This document shows positions 62,792-64,000 of a stretch of 64,000 nucleotides of DNA, piece by piece. Source of the DNA: Candidatus Marinacidobacterales bacterium. Its GTDB lineage: Bacteria > Acidobacteriota > Vicinamibacteria > Marinacidobacterales > DATDRI01. The stretch is from assembly GCA_965226495.1 (NCBI GenBank), contig OZ245365.1, positions 6,240,001 through 6,304,000 on the forward strand, read 5' to 3'. The translations under genes and the position numbers were made by a program. The notes beneath the pieces are model-generated. The model saw nothing but the letters and a program-made list of their open reading frames with translations. It was not told the origin of the DNA and ran no database searches. Position 1 is the first letter of the stretch. Each line of letters begins with the position of its first letter.

Positions 62792-64000
62792 TCACGCCTC
62801 GCTCGGCAACAGAACGAAGAGGCCGATGACGTCAGGGGGCTGGACGCCTTCCACGCTCACGCGCGATGCCGACCCTGCAGCCGCCCGCAGTCTGGCATGG
62901 TCTTCCGCAAGCTTGTCAGCACGCACGCGTACGAACTCGCCGATGGGACCGGCCACGAGGTCGGGCAGATCTTCCTGCGCGCGTTGGATGAACCGATCCC
63001 TTGCCGTTGGAGCCAGATCGGCAGCGGCGGGTGTGTCGAGGAGCGTCTTTGCGGTATCGCCCGATGCGACAATGGTGCCGTCGTGCAAGGCGACCAGCGC
63101 GGCTTCTTCCGCGAGCAGCAGGCGTTCCTTTCGGGCATGGATTGTGAGCTTGAAGCGAAGCCTCAGAAGCGCGATCCACGTCACGCGTTCCACGGCTGGG
63201 GTCGGCCATGCCCCCACACGACCGATTCCAAGGTTGGCGAGCGTTTCGGGGTCGAGCGATGCCTCGACAAGCGCCTCCGCAAGGGTTGCGGTGAGGGGGT
63301 GGGTCCGTGTGAGAAGCGCTGTCCCTGAGGGGGCTGGCTCGGACGGGGCAAGCCGCACAGACCGGGACATACCTTGTTGCGCCAGGCGCTCGCGCAGTCC
63401 GGCTTCGAGCGCATGAACGTGGGCCACGAGGACCGACCTCCGTGGCTCCAGGGGGACGCCAAAACGCGACATGGTGCGTTCGATGAAGGTGCGAGCTGCC
63501 TCCGGCGAACCGAGGAAGCTTGCAGCCTTTTTCCATTCGGGAGCCACTTCTTGCGGCTTCATCGCGTTCTGGGCGAAGCGAGTCCGGGAGCGTTTCTCCT
63601 TCTCCGAGACGTCGCGCCAACGGGTTTCGACGAGGCGAGCACCGTCCTTGAGACGCAGATCGAGTGTCATCTGCTCCCTACCGCCCTGGCGAAGCATCAT
63701 CGAAGCCATGAGGGCATCGGTGACGGGACCCCGTTCGTCCGGGAGGGGCACGGTCACGCCAGTCACCTTACGGATCTCCTCGGCCTTGCGCAGGATGACG
63801 TCCAGGACGGCACCGTCGATCGCGCTCGCCGGCGAGAACATCATGATCGAATGGACGAGTTCGGCGGGCTGGCCGAAACGGTCGACGCGACCCTCCCGCT
63901 GCTGATGGCGGGTCGGATTCCACGAAAGATCGTAATGAACCACCGTGTCGAAGAGCTGCTGGAGATTGATCCCCTCCGACAAGCAGTCGGTAGCGACCAG
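62792..64000 (-). CDS. SNF2-family helicase C-terminal part (DrmD-like), 5' partial
   Basis: ATDCLSEGINLQ, YDLSWNP..QREGRVDRFGQ. Confidence 0.88.
   Translation of the reverse strand: MVATDCLSEGINLQQLFDTVVHYDLSWNPTRHQQREGRVDRFGQPAELVHSIMMFSPASAIDGAVLDVILRKAEEIRKVTGVTVPLPDERGPVTDALMASMMLRQGGREQMTLDLRLKDGARLVETRWRDVSEKEKRSRTRFAQNAMKPQEVAPEWKKAASFLGSPEAARTFIERTMSRFGVPLEPRRSVLVAHVHALEAGLRERLAQQGMSRSVRLAPSEPAPSGTALLTRTHPLTATLAEALVEASLDPETLANLGIGRVGAWPTPAVERVTWIALLRLRFKLTIHARKERLLLAEEAALVALHDGTIVASGDTAKTLLDTPAAADLAPTARDRFIQRAQEDLPDLVAGPIGEFVRVRADKLAEDHARLRAAAGSASRVSVEGVQPPDVIGLFVLLPSEA

Overview
GC-rich bacterial DNA, heavily fragmented by insertion sequences. The gene content (Calx-beta autotransporters, many GT-C membrane glycosyltransferases, Ser/Thr kinase remnants) suggests an Acidobacteria-like, possibly host-associated organism; this is inference. 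Core-like genes include tRNA-Ser(GCT), AmmeMemoRadiSam B, a VapBC pair and a split surface-glycosylation locus (GT39/GT-C proteins, GT2, asnB, SAM methyltransferases). These are interleaved with four IS903-group IS5 copies, IS256, ISL3, IS1, IS6, ISAzo13, several MITEs and 11 ends of an integrase-core element with ~102-bp TIRs. The right end holds an orphan 37-bp-repeat CRISPR array whose first repeat is split by IS256, a DUF2924 plus serine recombinase pair, and a DISARM-like SNF2 helicase / N6-MTase / HNH module. The most unusual signals are two ~0.2-kb inversions bounded by GC palindromes (one recodes an autotransporter in frame in both orientations), a tRNA-Met 3' relic whose anticodon is the start codon of a methyltransferase, and a 25-28-bp duplication around ISAzo13. 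Frequent small indels may partly be sequencing error. All family assignments are by eye, with no database searches.
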